Both the position numbers and the translations under genes were made by a program. A model generated the notes under the pieces. That model ran no database searches, was not told where the DNA came from, and saw only the letters and a list, made by a program, of their open reading frames with translations. From IMG/VR virus record IMGVR_UViG_3300044614_001923: a stretch of 64,000 nucleotides of DNA; one strand, given 5' to 3'. The DNA is from a virus. Taxonomy: Duplodnaviria; Caudoviricetes. This document shows, one piece after another, positions 55,003 through 64,000 of the stretch (position 1 is its first letter; each line of letters begins with the position of its first letter).

Positions 55003-56574
55003 TTAGAACTGCAAAATGACTTTGATATCTTCTTTTTGTGACTTTGATCTGGTGATCGCTGGTCTATTATCAACATATAATGTTGTTCCAGAATATTTTT
55101 GTACTTCTGGATTTGCTATTCCATCGACAAAAGTTTGTCCCAGATAGTAAGTTTTGAAATTACCTGCATTATTTATTGTAGTTGATATACCACTGAATCC
55201 AGTATCAATGTCTAAATTAATTGAACCGCCAGTAATTGTTAAGCTTCCTCCAATATCTGGTGTTGATGTGAATGAATTTAATACAAATCCATATGGTGGA
55301 TTTGTAGTTCTAGATCCACTTGTACTAAAACCAGCAAAAGTTCTATCTTGCCATAGTTTTAAAACTCCAGTTTGGGGGTCATAAGAAACAACCCTACCAA
55401 CAGCAGTAACACCTAAACCTATAGTTTGATAAACAAAACTATTTTGTTCAAATACTGCAGTTTGAACAGATCCTGTAGATCCTGTCAAACGAATCCCGTA
55501 TAATGCACTTGCTTTTTCCACATTCAAAATAACAGAAGAATTATATGAAGTTGGATTTTCAATAATTCCAAGTCTTGCAATTTTATTTCCAGTTATGAAA
55601 TCTGGATTCAATTCGTCATTATCAATTCTAGTATATAGAAGAACATTAAATGCACCTAGTTCACTATATAAATCTGCTCCATGACCTCCCTTTGGTGGAA
55701 TTACCACATCAAATGTTGGGTTTGTTGTTCCAGATGGGACATTACCAGCAACTAAGTTTATTGTGCCAAAAGTATATCCACTACCACCTTTTGAAACAGT
55801 AATAGACTCAACCTTTGAATCATTATCAATTACAATAGTTGCTTCAGCACCCTCACCATCCCCAGAAATTGGAACATTTGTATAAACTGCATTTGCAGTT
55901 CCAATTCCAGCACCTCTGTTTGTAATTGTTACTATCTTTAATTGTCCACTACTTGAAGCATTATTTCTAATAGAAGCATATTCATCATTTGTACTCCAAT
56001 TTGGGGGAGTGGGTACAAAATCAATCGAATCAAACTTAACAATGTCCGCTGGTTTAACAGTATAAAGATATTTCCAAATATAACCATCTCCACTTGTTCC
56101 AGCTTCTCTTGGTTCCAAATCAGTAAATGTTGGTTCATCTAATGAAGGTGAACCATCTGGAGTTTCTGGAGTTGTTCCATTTTGTAGACAAATATAAACT
56201 CTATAATCTTGATTTATTACGTAAAATGGAGCTCTGTATAGAGTTGTTGATTTTGATGGTCTAGAAAGGTTAGTCCTTGACACATCATGACGATACATAT
56301 CATAAACTGTTCCACTTTGCCATTGATATTTTCTGATCGCCAATCTAACATTATCAGAAGTAATTTTTTTCAATGCTATAGTTGTATCCCAATAATTATT
56401 TTCTTCATCTAAACAATCTTTTGGAGCAGGAGGATTTGTATCCCAAGTTGATAAAATATCAGTTGGGTTTGGTAATCCAATAAAACTATAATATGAATTA
56501 TTGGGATCAGTTGCATTGTCTACAAATAACTTTGCAGTCAACACTCTTAATTGATCCGTTATTATTGCTGCCAT
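55003..56574 (-). CDS. gp8: Baseplate wedge subunit gp8
   Basis: WQSGTVYDMYRHD, DGYIWKYLY, PKGGHG, EDIKVILQF. Confidence 0.9.
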   Translation of the reverse strand: MAAIITDQLRVLTAKLFVDNATDPNNSYYSFIGLPNPTDILSTWDTNPPAPKDCLDEENNYWDTTIALKKITSDNVRLAIRKYQWQSGTVYDMYRHDVSRTNLSRPSKSTTLYRAPFYVINQDYRVYICLQNGTTPETPDGSPSLDEPTFTDLEPREAGTSGDGYIWKYLYTVKPADIVKFDSIDFVPTPPNWSTNDEYASIRNNASSSGQLKIVTITNRGAGIGTANAVYTNVPISGDGEGAEATIVIDNDSKVESITVSKGGSGYTFGTINLVAGNVPSGTTNPTFDVVIPPKGGHGADLYSELGAFNVLLYTRIDNDELNPDFITGNKIARLGIIENPTSYNSSVILNVEKASALYGIRLTGSTGSVQTAVFEQNSFVYQTIGLGVTAVGRVVSYDPQTGVLKLWQDRTFAGFSTSGSRTTNPPYGFVLNSFTSTPDIGGSLTITGGSINLDIDTGFSGISTTINNAGNFKTYYLGQTFVDGIANPEVQKYSGTTLYVDNRPAITRSKSQKEDIKVILQF

Positions 56575-56593
56575 TTTAAACTTTTTTATTTAT

Positions 56594-59500
56594 TTATGAA
56601 ATATAATCGAAGTAATTTAATGGATTGACTCTTCTAACAAATGCAGAAGTTTCCAATCCAACAACTCCTCTTTGCGTGTATGCTACGAAAGATTTTGGAG
56701 ATTTTCTTGATGTTGTTTGTATTTTACCCCAAGAATAATCTGCATAGAATAATGTTGGCGCTAGAGTACTGATACTTGGATAAACTTCCGCAACTCTAAC
56801 TGTTACATTTGTAGTTGAAAAGTCATCAATAACCAATATCGCGTCATCATCTACAGTTATAGTTACTCCCTCATTAATTAAACCTGGACTATTATATATT
56901 TCAAATCCACTTATGATATCTGTAGTGGTGAAAACTTTACTCTCAAACGTTGAAGAATATACTTGATAGACATTATCTATTCCTGTTGTTGCTATTCCAA
57001 TAATATTTCCACTAAGATCCAGTGAAGTTATTCCTTGTCCTACATATGAATTTCGAAGAACAAAGTAATCGCCTTGACGGAGTTGACTTGAAGTAATTGC
57101 AGTTCCAGTTATTGAAACATCTCTTATAGTTGATCCTTCAGGAACATACAAACTAAAAATTAATCCTGTAGATCCAACTCCAACTGCTGTAGTTGCAATT
57201 CCTGTAACTACTCCATAATCCCCACTATAAGTTACATTTGAAATCTTTTCTCTATTTCCAATTGGTTGTTCGATAAGAACATCTGGAGGAGTAGTATATC
57301 CATATCCAGGATTTGTAATTGTTATTGAACTTATTCTTCCAGCAGCATTAACATTTGCGTATCCTCTTGCTCTACCAGTAGATCCGATACCAATAGGACT
57401 AGTCATTGAGACTGATGGATTGGTTCCCACTGTATATCCAAAACCTCTATCAATAAAAACAAAAGAAGTTACAATACCAGAAGAAATAAGTGCAGTTGCT
57501 CTTGCTCTTATTTTTTCCGCTTGATCGATTATTTCAATATCACCAAATCTATCTCCACTAATATCTTCTTTATAGTTGTCAAATGATGTTTTAACATTTT
57601 CAACATATATTGATGTTGATAAAGCAGTTCCAACATTTTTAATAATGTTAGTTATTGGGTTTATCTTTGGTTCATATAAAGGTCTATCTTTAGTTACCTC
57701 TAAACCTCCAATAAATAAATCTTCTTTTTGCTTACTCCAATATAGCGATCTCTGCAAAGTAGTATCCGATACAATTCCTACACCAGCATATAAATTGGTC
57801 AAAATGCGAGTCGTTGAAGTTATATCATGAACCAGTCTACTATCTTGCTTTAATTTATCATCAGTATCAAGTAATCTAACACTATCACCCTTTTTAATAC
57901 TTTCTAAAATATCAACATCGGTAACATCAACATTTTTTGTCCCCTTATAGAACATTATCTGACAAGTATCTCCAGTATTTTGTGTTCCTGCCAAAGGTCC
58001 ATTTGGAGCTTCTGTAAAGGTTATAGTGCTCCCTCCAGTAAAAGTATACCCCTCTCCTGGAATTTGAAGGATTCCATTAACAAATACTAATAAAGCAGAT
58101 TGTAAATCTAATCTAGAATCTCCAATGATTGATTTTGATACTCCATTTATTGTTAGTGGGAATATTCTTCTAGTTCCATTAAATAATCTTTCTGGAGAAT
58201 CAAATACTTCCAATTCGCCAAATGACCATGCACTAAAATCATCCTTGTATACAGCATCAATATATATTTGAAATTCTTCTAATATTGAAACATATTTATT
58301 ATCTCCAATTATTAATGTTCCTGTATCATCAACATATACCAATACTCCATCATCAACTACAGTTGGACTATCAAAAGTTGTAGTAATACCTGGATTTATA
58401 CTTTGGTTTACAGTTAAAATATTATAATCATAATCAATTAAACCTTCTACTCCTCCAGAATCATATCCGAATGGTAAAGTTAGAATATCTCCTGGTTTAT
58501 ATCCATAACCATATTCTTTCATCTCAAATGCAATAATATTAGAATCTTCCCCAACAACAACATCTATCTTAGCACCAGTTCCGATGCCTGCCTGAGAAGA
58601 TGCACTATAAACTAAAGGAATACCAGTGTAATTTAGTGGTTCGTCTATAAGTATTTCTGGTGAATTTTCTGTAGAATATCCCGATCCAAAATTACTAATA
58701 TTAACCGAAACTACTTTTCCTCTAGTTTCAATATCAGAACCTATTACTGCTTCTCCAATTTTTTCAATTAATTGATTTAGAAAATTACCAGTTTTTGCAT
58801 ATACATTAATAGGAGTTTGAATATTTGGTCTATAACCAGAACCTGGATCATTTATTTGTATAGACTGAATTGACCCAGATGGACTTAAGGTTGCTGATAA
58901 TCCAGCTTTTTTTAATTTTTGATATCCAGATCCCTCAGAAGATCCAATTGAGGAAATAACACCACCGACAGGAACACCTGAACTATTAACATCTTCTTGT
59001 AAAAATGGAACCAATCCAGTAAAGTTTAGTGAAACTGAACTTACGCCAATATTAATTTCATAATTTCCAGAGCTGGAATTATTGTACGTTACTTTGGGAT
59101 TTTGGAATACATTTCTTACTAAAAGAATAGCCGAATCTAAATCAAAATTAGAAATATTTGTTTTATTTGATCTTAGATAAAAATCGGATGCGACCCCACT
59201 AAATCCTTCAGATATATCATCAAAAATGTAATTGTCATAGTAAGCTTTTCTAGTGTCTCCAGGGATAGATGATCTTATAAAACATCTCCCACTAAATTTT
59301 GAAGAAGTGTTGATTCCAGCATAATCAAAATCGTTATATGAAAACCCTTCTGATGATCCCAGTGCTACTGGATTCACTCCAAACGGAGCTCCTGTAAAGT
59401 TTACAGTACTACCAGTAATAGTATAATTTCCAGATAGTTTTTCAACAATATTTCCGATTGTATGAACTCCAAGATTTGTTCCAACAACTGGTCTTTTTAC

Positions 59501-60142
59501 TAAAAGATAGTTAGAACTTGTAAATCCTACAGTTCTTATTTGCATAATTTCATCATTAATTTTGATGAAATCACCATTATATAAGTTTACGGTTGTGCTT
59601 ACTCCAATAATGTCAGTAATAGTATTAATTGAAGTTACTAGAGACGATGTGACACCTGTGCCTACAATAGGCGATTGAATTACATTGTCAATAGAAAATA
59701 AAGTTCTACTCTCCGTGTTTTTGGACAGTATTCTATGCAAAGTTCCGACACCAACACTATTAATATCAAGAACTGTTGGAAATTCTACATTTGCATCTGA
59801 AGGAGAAGATGCAAATCTTACATAAAGATCATCATCTTTAACAATATAAAGAGTTGAAGGTAGTATATCAGTTGATCCTACTCCAGGTATGTTTGTCGTT
59901 ACTATTCCTATTGGACGATGTAAAAAATCATAGTTATAATCATATTCAACCTCTTCCCCTGTAACAAAATTATGATTTGGGATAGCTATTCTATTTGTTG
60001 CAATATCAATTGTTACAGAACTTTCTCCATTAAAATATCTTTCGAATATTGGATTTCCCTTATGGAGCAAATCAAACGAAGTTTTAACGGCATTTGAAGT
60101 TGCCTCATATGCGCCAATACCACTATTGATTAAAGCACCCAT
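56594..60142 (-). CDS. Baseplate wedge initiator gp7-like protein, distal part
   Basis: 1182 aa; GSGY repeats; position before gp8; in frame with upstream ORF after one TAA. Confidence 0.65.
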   Translation of the reverse strand: MGALINSGIGAYEATSNAVKTSFDLLHKGNPIFERYFNGESSVTIDIATNRIAIPNHNFVTGEEVEYDYNYDFLHRPIGIVTTNIPGVGSTDILPSTLYIVKDDDLYVRFASSPSDANVEFPTVLDINSVGVGTLHRILSKNTESRTLFSIDNVIQSPIVGTGVTSSLVTSINTITDIIGVSTTVNLYNGDFIKINDEIMQIRTVGFTSSNYLLVKRPVVGTNLGVHTIGNIVEKLSGNYTITGSTVNFTGAPFGVNPVALGSSEGFSYNDFDYAGINTSSKFSGRCFIRSSIPGDTRKAYYDNYIFDDISEGFSGVASDFYLRSNKTNISNFDLDSAILLVRNVFQNPKVTYNNSSSGNYEINIGVSSVSLNFTGLVPFLQEDVNSSGVPVGGVISSIGSSEGSGYQKLKKAGLSATLSPSGSIQSIQINDPGSGYRPNIQTPINVYAKTGNFLNQLIEKIGEAVIGSDIETRGKVVSVNISNFGSGYSTENSPEILIDEPLNYTGIPLVYSASSQAGIGTGAKIDVVVGEDSNIIAFEMKEYGYGYKPGDILTLPFGYDSGGVEGLIDYDYNILTVNQSINPGITTTFDSPTVVDDGVLVYVDDTGTLIIGDNKYVSILEEFQIYIDAVYKDDFSAWSFGELEVFDSPERLFNGTRRIFPLTINGVSKSIIGDSRLDLQSALLVFVNGILQIPGEGYTFTGGSTITFTEAPNGPLAGTQNTGDTCQIMFYKGTKNVDVTDVDILESIKKGDSVRLLDTDDKLKQDSRLVHDITSTTRILTNLYAGVGIVSDTTLQRSLYWSKQKEDLFIGGLEVTKDRPLYEPKINPITNIIKNVGTALSTSIYVENVKTSFDNYKEDISGDRFGDIEIIDQAEKIRARATALISSGIVTSFVFIDRGFGYTVGTNPSVSMTSPIGIGSTGRARGYANVNAAGRISSITITNPGYGYTTPPDVLIEQPIGNREKISNVTYSGDYGVVTGIATTAVGVGSTGLIFSLYVPEGSTIRDVSITGTAITSSQLRQGDYFVLRNSYVGQGITSLDLSGNIIGIATTGIDNVYQVYSSTFESKVFTTTDIISGFEIYNSPGLINEGVTITVDDDAILVIDDFSTTNVTVRVAEVYPSISTLAPTLFYADYSWGKIQTTSRKSPKSFVAYTQRGVVGLETSAFVRRVNPLNYFDYIS

Positions 60143-60157
60143 TTCTTGTTTTACCTT

Positions 60158-63100
60158 TTAAATATCTATACTGGTTTCATCATAGAATGTTGTAGGGATT
60201 CTCACTGATGATTGGAAAATAGTAACCTTTACATTTATGTTTGGAATTGGTGTGAATTTCACATAAGTATTTGTTCCGTCAGAATCTGAGTCAAATACCC
60301 CTAATTTATCCCCCGATGATGATTGTAATAATGCAAATTCTGTAATAGATGAATACAAATCTTCACTTGTAAGACATAATTCAGATACCTCATAGCGAGA
60401 GTTTGTAGTATCAGATACACATGCAAATAAGTAAGCTCCCATCCCTTCAGAACTAACTCCAGATGGATAATTATAGTATTGAGCAACTACATTAGATGTT
60501 GGAGCAGTGGAAGATGCTATACTTGTCTGGAATGATCTTACTGTTCCCGTATTTACGGATGTTGATCCAACTCCACTCAAAGTATCTGATACATTAACTG
60601 CCAAATAATCAACGCGAATATTTTCTGTTGTGTTATTTAAAATTAAATCTAATTTAACATTAGACCCACTGATATATGGACGATATGTTCCAAAACCAAC
60701 TCCAGAATAAGAAGATGATGATTGCTCATTACTGATCTGACCATACTCTATCAATTGAACGTCTGTTCCATTGTGAATCAATGAGATCTCATCAAATTCA
60801 TACTTTCCTGAAGTCTTAGCATATCCAACAATAATTTTAGATGCTCTTCTAGAAGTTGGCATTGAGAAGATAGTTGTGCTGCCAATTCCAGAAGATATTG
60901 TAGAAACATTATTTACAATTTCAATAGAATTGCCTAATGAAAGTGTTCCAGTATCTTCAGTTAAATCTAAATCAAATGAGAGGAATGATGTTTGATAATC
61001 ATTAAACTCAAATTTATTTGGATAGAATAAAAGTAAAACTTCATCTCCAATTATTTGAGTATCAAAATAACCTAGATCACCAACTGTATCAATTCTTCCA
61101 TATTGATTTAAATAAATTTCTCCAGTTGACTGAAAAATACTAATTAATAAAATTTGTTTCTCTGCAGTAAAACGCCTGTCGCGAACTGCCATGATATATT
61201 TTCTCGATCTTAAGTCACTCAATCTAAATCTATTAACTATACTGTATTTTGTAAATCTCGGTTCACTACTAAATTGCTCTGATATGTCATCAACAAGTAG
61301 TACTTTATTGCCAACAGATCTTTGATAGTCCTGAATAATTTGAGAATTTAGATTAATATTTTCAGAGATATTTCTTCCAGCAATAGTAATTGCATCTTCA
61401 GTTGCCAAATCAAAATCATAAATTGCTTGCGTGTCAACAACTTCGCTTAAGATAACTTGTGATGTAAAATCGCTAAAATTCTGAACAGAAGAAATTCCAG
61501 AAATAGAATTAGTTTCGACTGATAAATCGCTAAATTTCTTAAATCCAGATGGATGTAACAAGGTACTAACTGCATCGTCCCATTGATCCATAGATACAGT
61601 TGATTTTATTGCATAAGATAATGCTTGATAATAATCATTATCATGTATTTTTTGAAGTGAATCATTTAAAAATCCATCTTCTGTCAACCATCCTCTTTCA
61701 ATACTTGAATAAGAATTGACTAAGTAATTTCCAGTATAATCTAATGTGCTAGTGATTACAGCTTTTGCGTTTGAAGATTTTCCTTTAATAGTATGTCCAA
61801 CATTAAAAAATGTATTTGAGGAAATTTTAATGTATTGATTATCAAGATCCCAATCTTCAACTTGCCCTTTCTTGAGAGTAATATTTTTAAATCTTAAATT
61901 CAATTCATTTTTTTTGAGAATTTTTTCCGTAGTTGAGCGTAAATTATCGCCATAAATTCTAGTCAATATACTACTAGGATCCTGAGGAACTGTTTCCACA
62001 TTTTCGCCAATAAGAAAATTATTTCTCTTCAGTTTTGCACTAAAAACTGGAAAATAACTTTCTGGAATAATTCTAGCAAACTCATTTTCTGTAGAATAGA
62101 TTCCAGGAGATTCTGTAGTTTTAATGATAAAATCGTTCATATTGAAAACAATAGAACCATTAGATCCTCCAATATTTGGGTCTATACTCTTAACAGTAAA
62201 TAATTTATATTCATATCCAGAACTGCTATAACCAGTATTTTTATATCCAACTTCATCAGTTGTTGTAATATTTTCCAATAAGAATCTTGATCCCACTGGG
62301 AAAGGGAAATCATCAATATCACTATAATCTGGATCCAAGAATAATCTTGCATCATTTGTTTCCCTATCATATACAATATTCGTAATTTTAATACCATTAC
62401 TATTATTAATAGGTATGAATATTGGTGTTACGTCATAAATTCCAGTAGTATTTTCAATAATTTCCACTTTACGTGAACCTGTTGCATATGAGAGGGTTAC
62501 ATCATCTACTACTTTCAGTGTAAATCCATCTATAACAACTAACGATGGCGCAATAGAATAATTAATTCCTTCACTTGTAACATCAATACTTACAAATGAG
62601 GATAATGGATCTACTTTAATGATTTGTGGGAATTTTGCTTGAGGCTTTAGAGTTCCGTCTGATGGATAATCATATCCAGGATCTCCACCCAGTTTAGTGT
62701 TTAATACTTTTCCTATTGTCTTAGAAGTTGGAAATAGAAGAGCATCTTTTCCAGAAGTTGTCAATATTCTTTCGATGTATGGCAATTTCTTATATCTTTG
62801 ACCATTTGATAAGAATTTAACATCACTAATGCCCCCATGAGCTGATTCTGATCTTGTAAAATATTCTATAAATCCTTCATTTTTCTGATATTGACTTTCT
62901 TCTGGTGCTTTAGTAGTAGTATATGAGAAGGAAGTTGATGATATTCCTACAATATTCTGAAGTCCAGAGAATATACTATTAACTTTGGATATTTTACTAT
63001 GCTCTGGATTAGACTCATCGCTTATAATAATTCCTTTTTTCGCTTCAGGTAAAGATGCCGAATCGAAAACTGGAGTTAATTTATAGAACAAATCAACTGG

Positions 63101-64000
63101 AAGAGATTCTGTTGCTCTTATAGTAAGTCTTGCATTTGCAGAAACGCCAATAGTACCATATCTAGCAACTTCAAAATTTCCTGTACCTAATGAAGAAGAG
63201 AATGTAGATTTAAATTGACTATCGGTAAAAATATCAAATGTAAATGCAGGTAGTCTCTTATTTCCTTTAAAATACGATAATGAAGAATCTGAAAGATTAA
63301 ATGTTAGCAACTTACCTTTTGTCAGTTCAATTTTTGGATTGATTGATGAAATTGTGCCATAAGATTCGCTGTTTAATGATACAATAGTGTTTGCTCTGTC
63401 AAAGTATGAAGTAGATAATCTAATTCTATCAGAGTCCAACACTGTTATATAATAAATTTTATTATCCTGCAATCCACTAATTGGCGCTGCTGAAGTATGA
63501 AGAATTTTTTCACCATCATAATATCCATGATTTCCAATTGTTATCGTTGATTTTACTACGTTAACATTGGGCGCTGAAAAATTCCTTTGCTTTGTCAGTA
63601 ATACTCTATTTGCGTCGTTGTAAACAATATTATAATCTTCATTGATATTTGGTATGCATGAAATATTAACACTATCCCCTATCAATAATTCATGATCTTC
63701 ATCAGTATATACTGTAGCTAAATGTTGGTTTATATCTACGGTTACTATATCCTCTGGTACATTTTTAAAACTATTGTAAGTTCCTGTCCCAAATCCTACA
63801 AAATATAACAAATTAGAAGAAGTTGTACCTAAACCAACAAAATTTCCATCAGTTCCAACCCCGATTGCGACTGTTGATAGACCAATAATATCATCATTAT
63901 ATTTTGCAACATATACATTTTGTCCAGATTCTAAAACAAATTGAGATATTCCATCTTTGGATACTGTTATTCCAGTTCCAACATTTGCGTCATATACAAG
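60158..64000 (-). CDS. Baseplate wedge initiator gp7-like protein, proximal part (5'-truncated by window edge)
   Basis: Frame is open to position 64000 (63 codons beyond the track's TTG start); QDNDYYQ-like HDNDYYQALSY and LLHPSGFKKF motifs. Confidence 0.7.
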   Translation of the reverse strand, partial: LVYDANVGTGITVSKDGISQFVLESGQNVYVAKYNDDIIGLSTVAIGVGTDGNFVGLGTTSSNLLYFVGFGTGTYNSFKNVPEDIVTVDINQHLATVYTDEDHELLIGDSVNISCIPNINEDYNIVYNDANRVLLTKQRNFSAPNVNVVKSTITIGNHGYYDGEKILHTSAAPISGLQDNKIYYITVLDSDRIRLSTSYFDRANTIVSLNSESYGTISSINPKIELTKGKLLTFNLSDSSLSYFKGNKRLPAFTFDIFTDSQFKSTFSSSLGTGNFEVARYGTIGVSANARLTIRATESLPVDLFYKLTPVFDSASLPEAKKGIIISDESNPEHSKISKVNSIFSGLQNIVGISSTSFSYTTTKAPEESQYQKNEGFIEYFTRSESAHGGISDVKFLSNGQRYKKLPYIERILTTSGKDALLFPTSKTIGKVLNTKLGGDPGYDYPSDGTLKPQAKFPQIIKVDPLSSFVSIDVTSEGINYSIAPSLVVIDGFTLKVVDDVTLSYATGSRKVEIIENTTGIYDVTPIFIPINNSNGIKITNIVYDRETNDARLFLDPDYSDIDDFPFPVGSRFLLENITTTDEVGYKNTGYSSSGYEYKLFTVKSIDPNIGGSNGSIVFNMNDFIIKTTESPGIYSTENEFARIIPESYFPVFSAKLKRNNFLIGENVETVPQDPSSILTRIYGDNLRSTTEKILKKNELNLRFKNITLKKGQVEDWDLDNQYIKISSNTFFNVGHTIKGKSSNAKAVITSTLDYTGNYLVNSYSSIERGWLTEDGFLNDSLQKIHDNDYYQALSYAIKSTVSMDQWDDAVSTLLHPSGFKKFSDLSVETNSISGISSVQNFSDFTSQVILSEVVDTQAIYDFDLATEDAITIAGRNISENINLNSQIIQDYQRSVGNKVLLVDDISEQFSSEPRFTKYSIVNRFRLSDLRSRKYIMAVRDRRFTAEKQILLISIFQSTGEIYLNQYGRIDTVGDLGYFDTQIIGDEVLLLFYPNKFEFNDYQTSFLSFDLDLTEDTGTLSLGNSIEIVNNVSTISSGIGSTTIFSMPTSRRASKIIVGYAKTSGKYEFDEISLIHNGTDVQLIEYGQISNEQSSSSYSGVGFGTYRPYISGSNVKLDLILNNTTENIRVDYLAVNVSDTLSGVGSTSVNTGTVRSFQTSIASSTAPTSNVVAQYYNYPSGVSSEGMGAYLFACVSDTTNSRYEVSELCLTSEDLYSSITEFALLQSSSGDKLGVFDSDSDGTNTYVKFTPIPNINVKVTIFQSSVRIPTTFYDETSIDI

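Noticed and set aside
60158-63811. TTG start at 63811 given by the ORF track
   Set aside because: The frame stays open to the window edge, so the true start lies outside the window

Overview
A 64-kb segment of a T4-like cyanophage (cyanomyovirus) genome, with essentially all genes on the minus strand. In transcription order (right to left): baseplate wedge genes (a gp7-like gene in two in-frame pieces, gp8, a 2569-aa DUF4815-type virion protein); neck and tail completion genes (gp13, gp14, gp15); terminase gp16 and gp17, separated by four accessory ORFs; gp18, gp19, gp20, gp21, gp22, gp23, gp3; uvsY, uvsW; gp55, gp47, gp46; a HExxH/VWA protein and a MoxR-type ('CobS') AAA ATPase; gp45, gp44, Dam methylase, gp62, regA; hsp20; gp43, uvsX, gp41, mazG; tRNA-Ala(UGC); and a cytidyltransferase-like nucleotidyltransferase. 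I saw no CRISPR array, intein, intron or transposase. The most interesting signal is a dispersed candidate internal-protein/polyprotein system. Several genes, including the nucleotidyltransferase, start with a 10-residue leader (MKSFLQFLSE, MKSFKQFLSE, MKTFKQFQED) resembling the T4 capsid-targeting sequence. Others are strings of basic modules separated by (I/L/V)xE sites typical of gp21 prohead-protease cleavage. Most of these genes have a T4-type late promoter, even when they lie among replication genes. Other findings: a tRNA leader hairpin with an anticodon-like loop, a repeated AACTGRCA promoter motif at fixed spacing, a consensus antisense promoter next to gp55, Trp/Tyr/Gly-rich segments in the giant virion protein, and an apparent in-frame fission of gp7. 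All protein family calls come from motif recognition and synteny; no database search was run.
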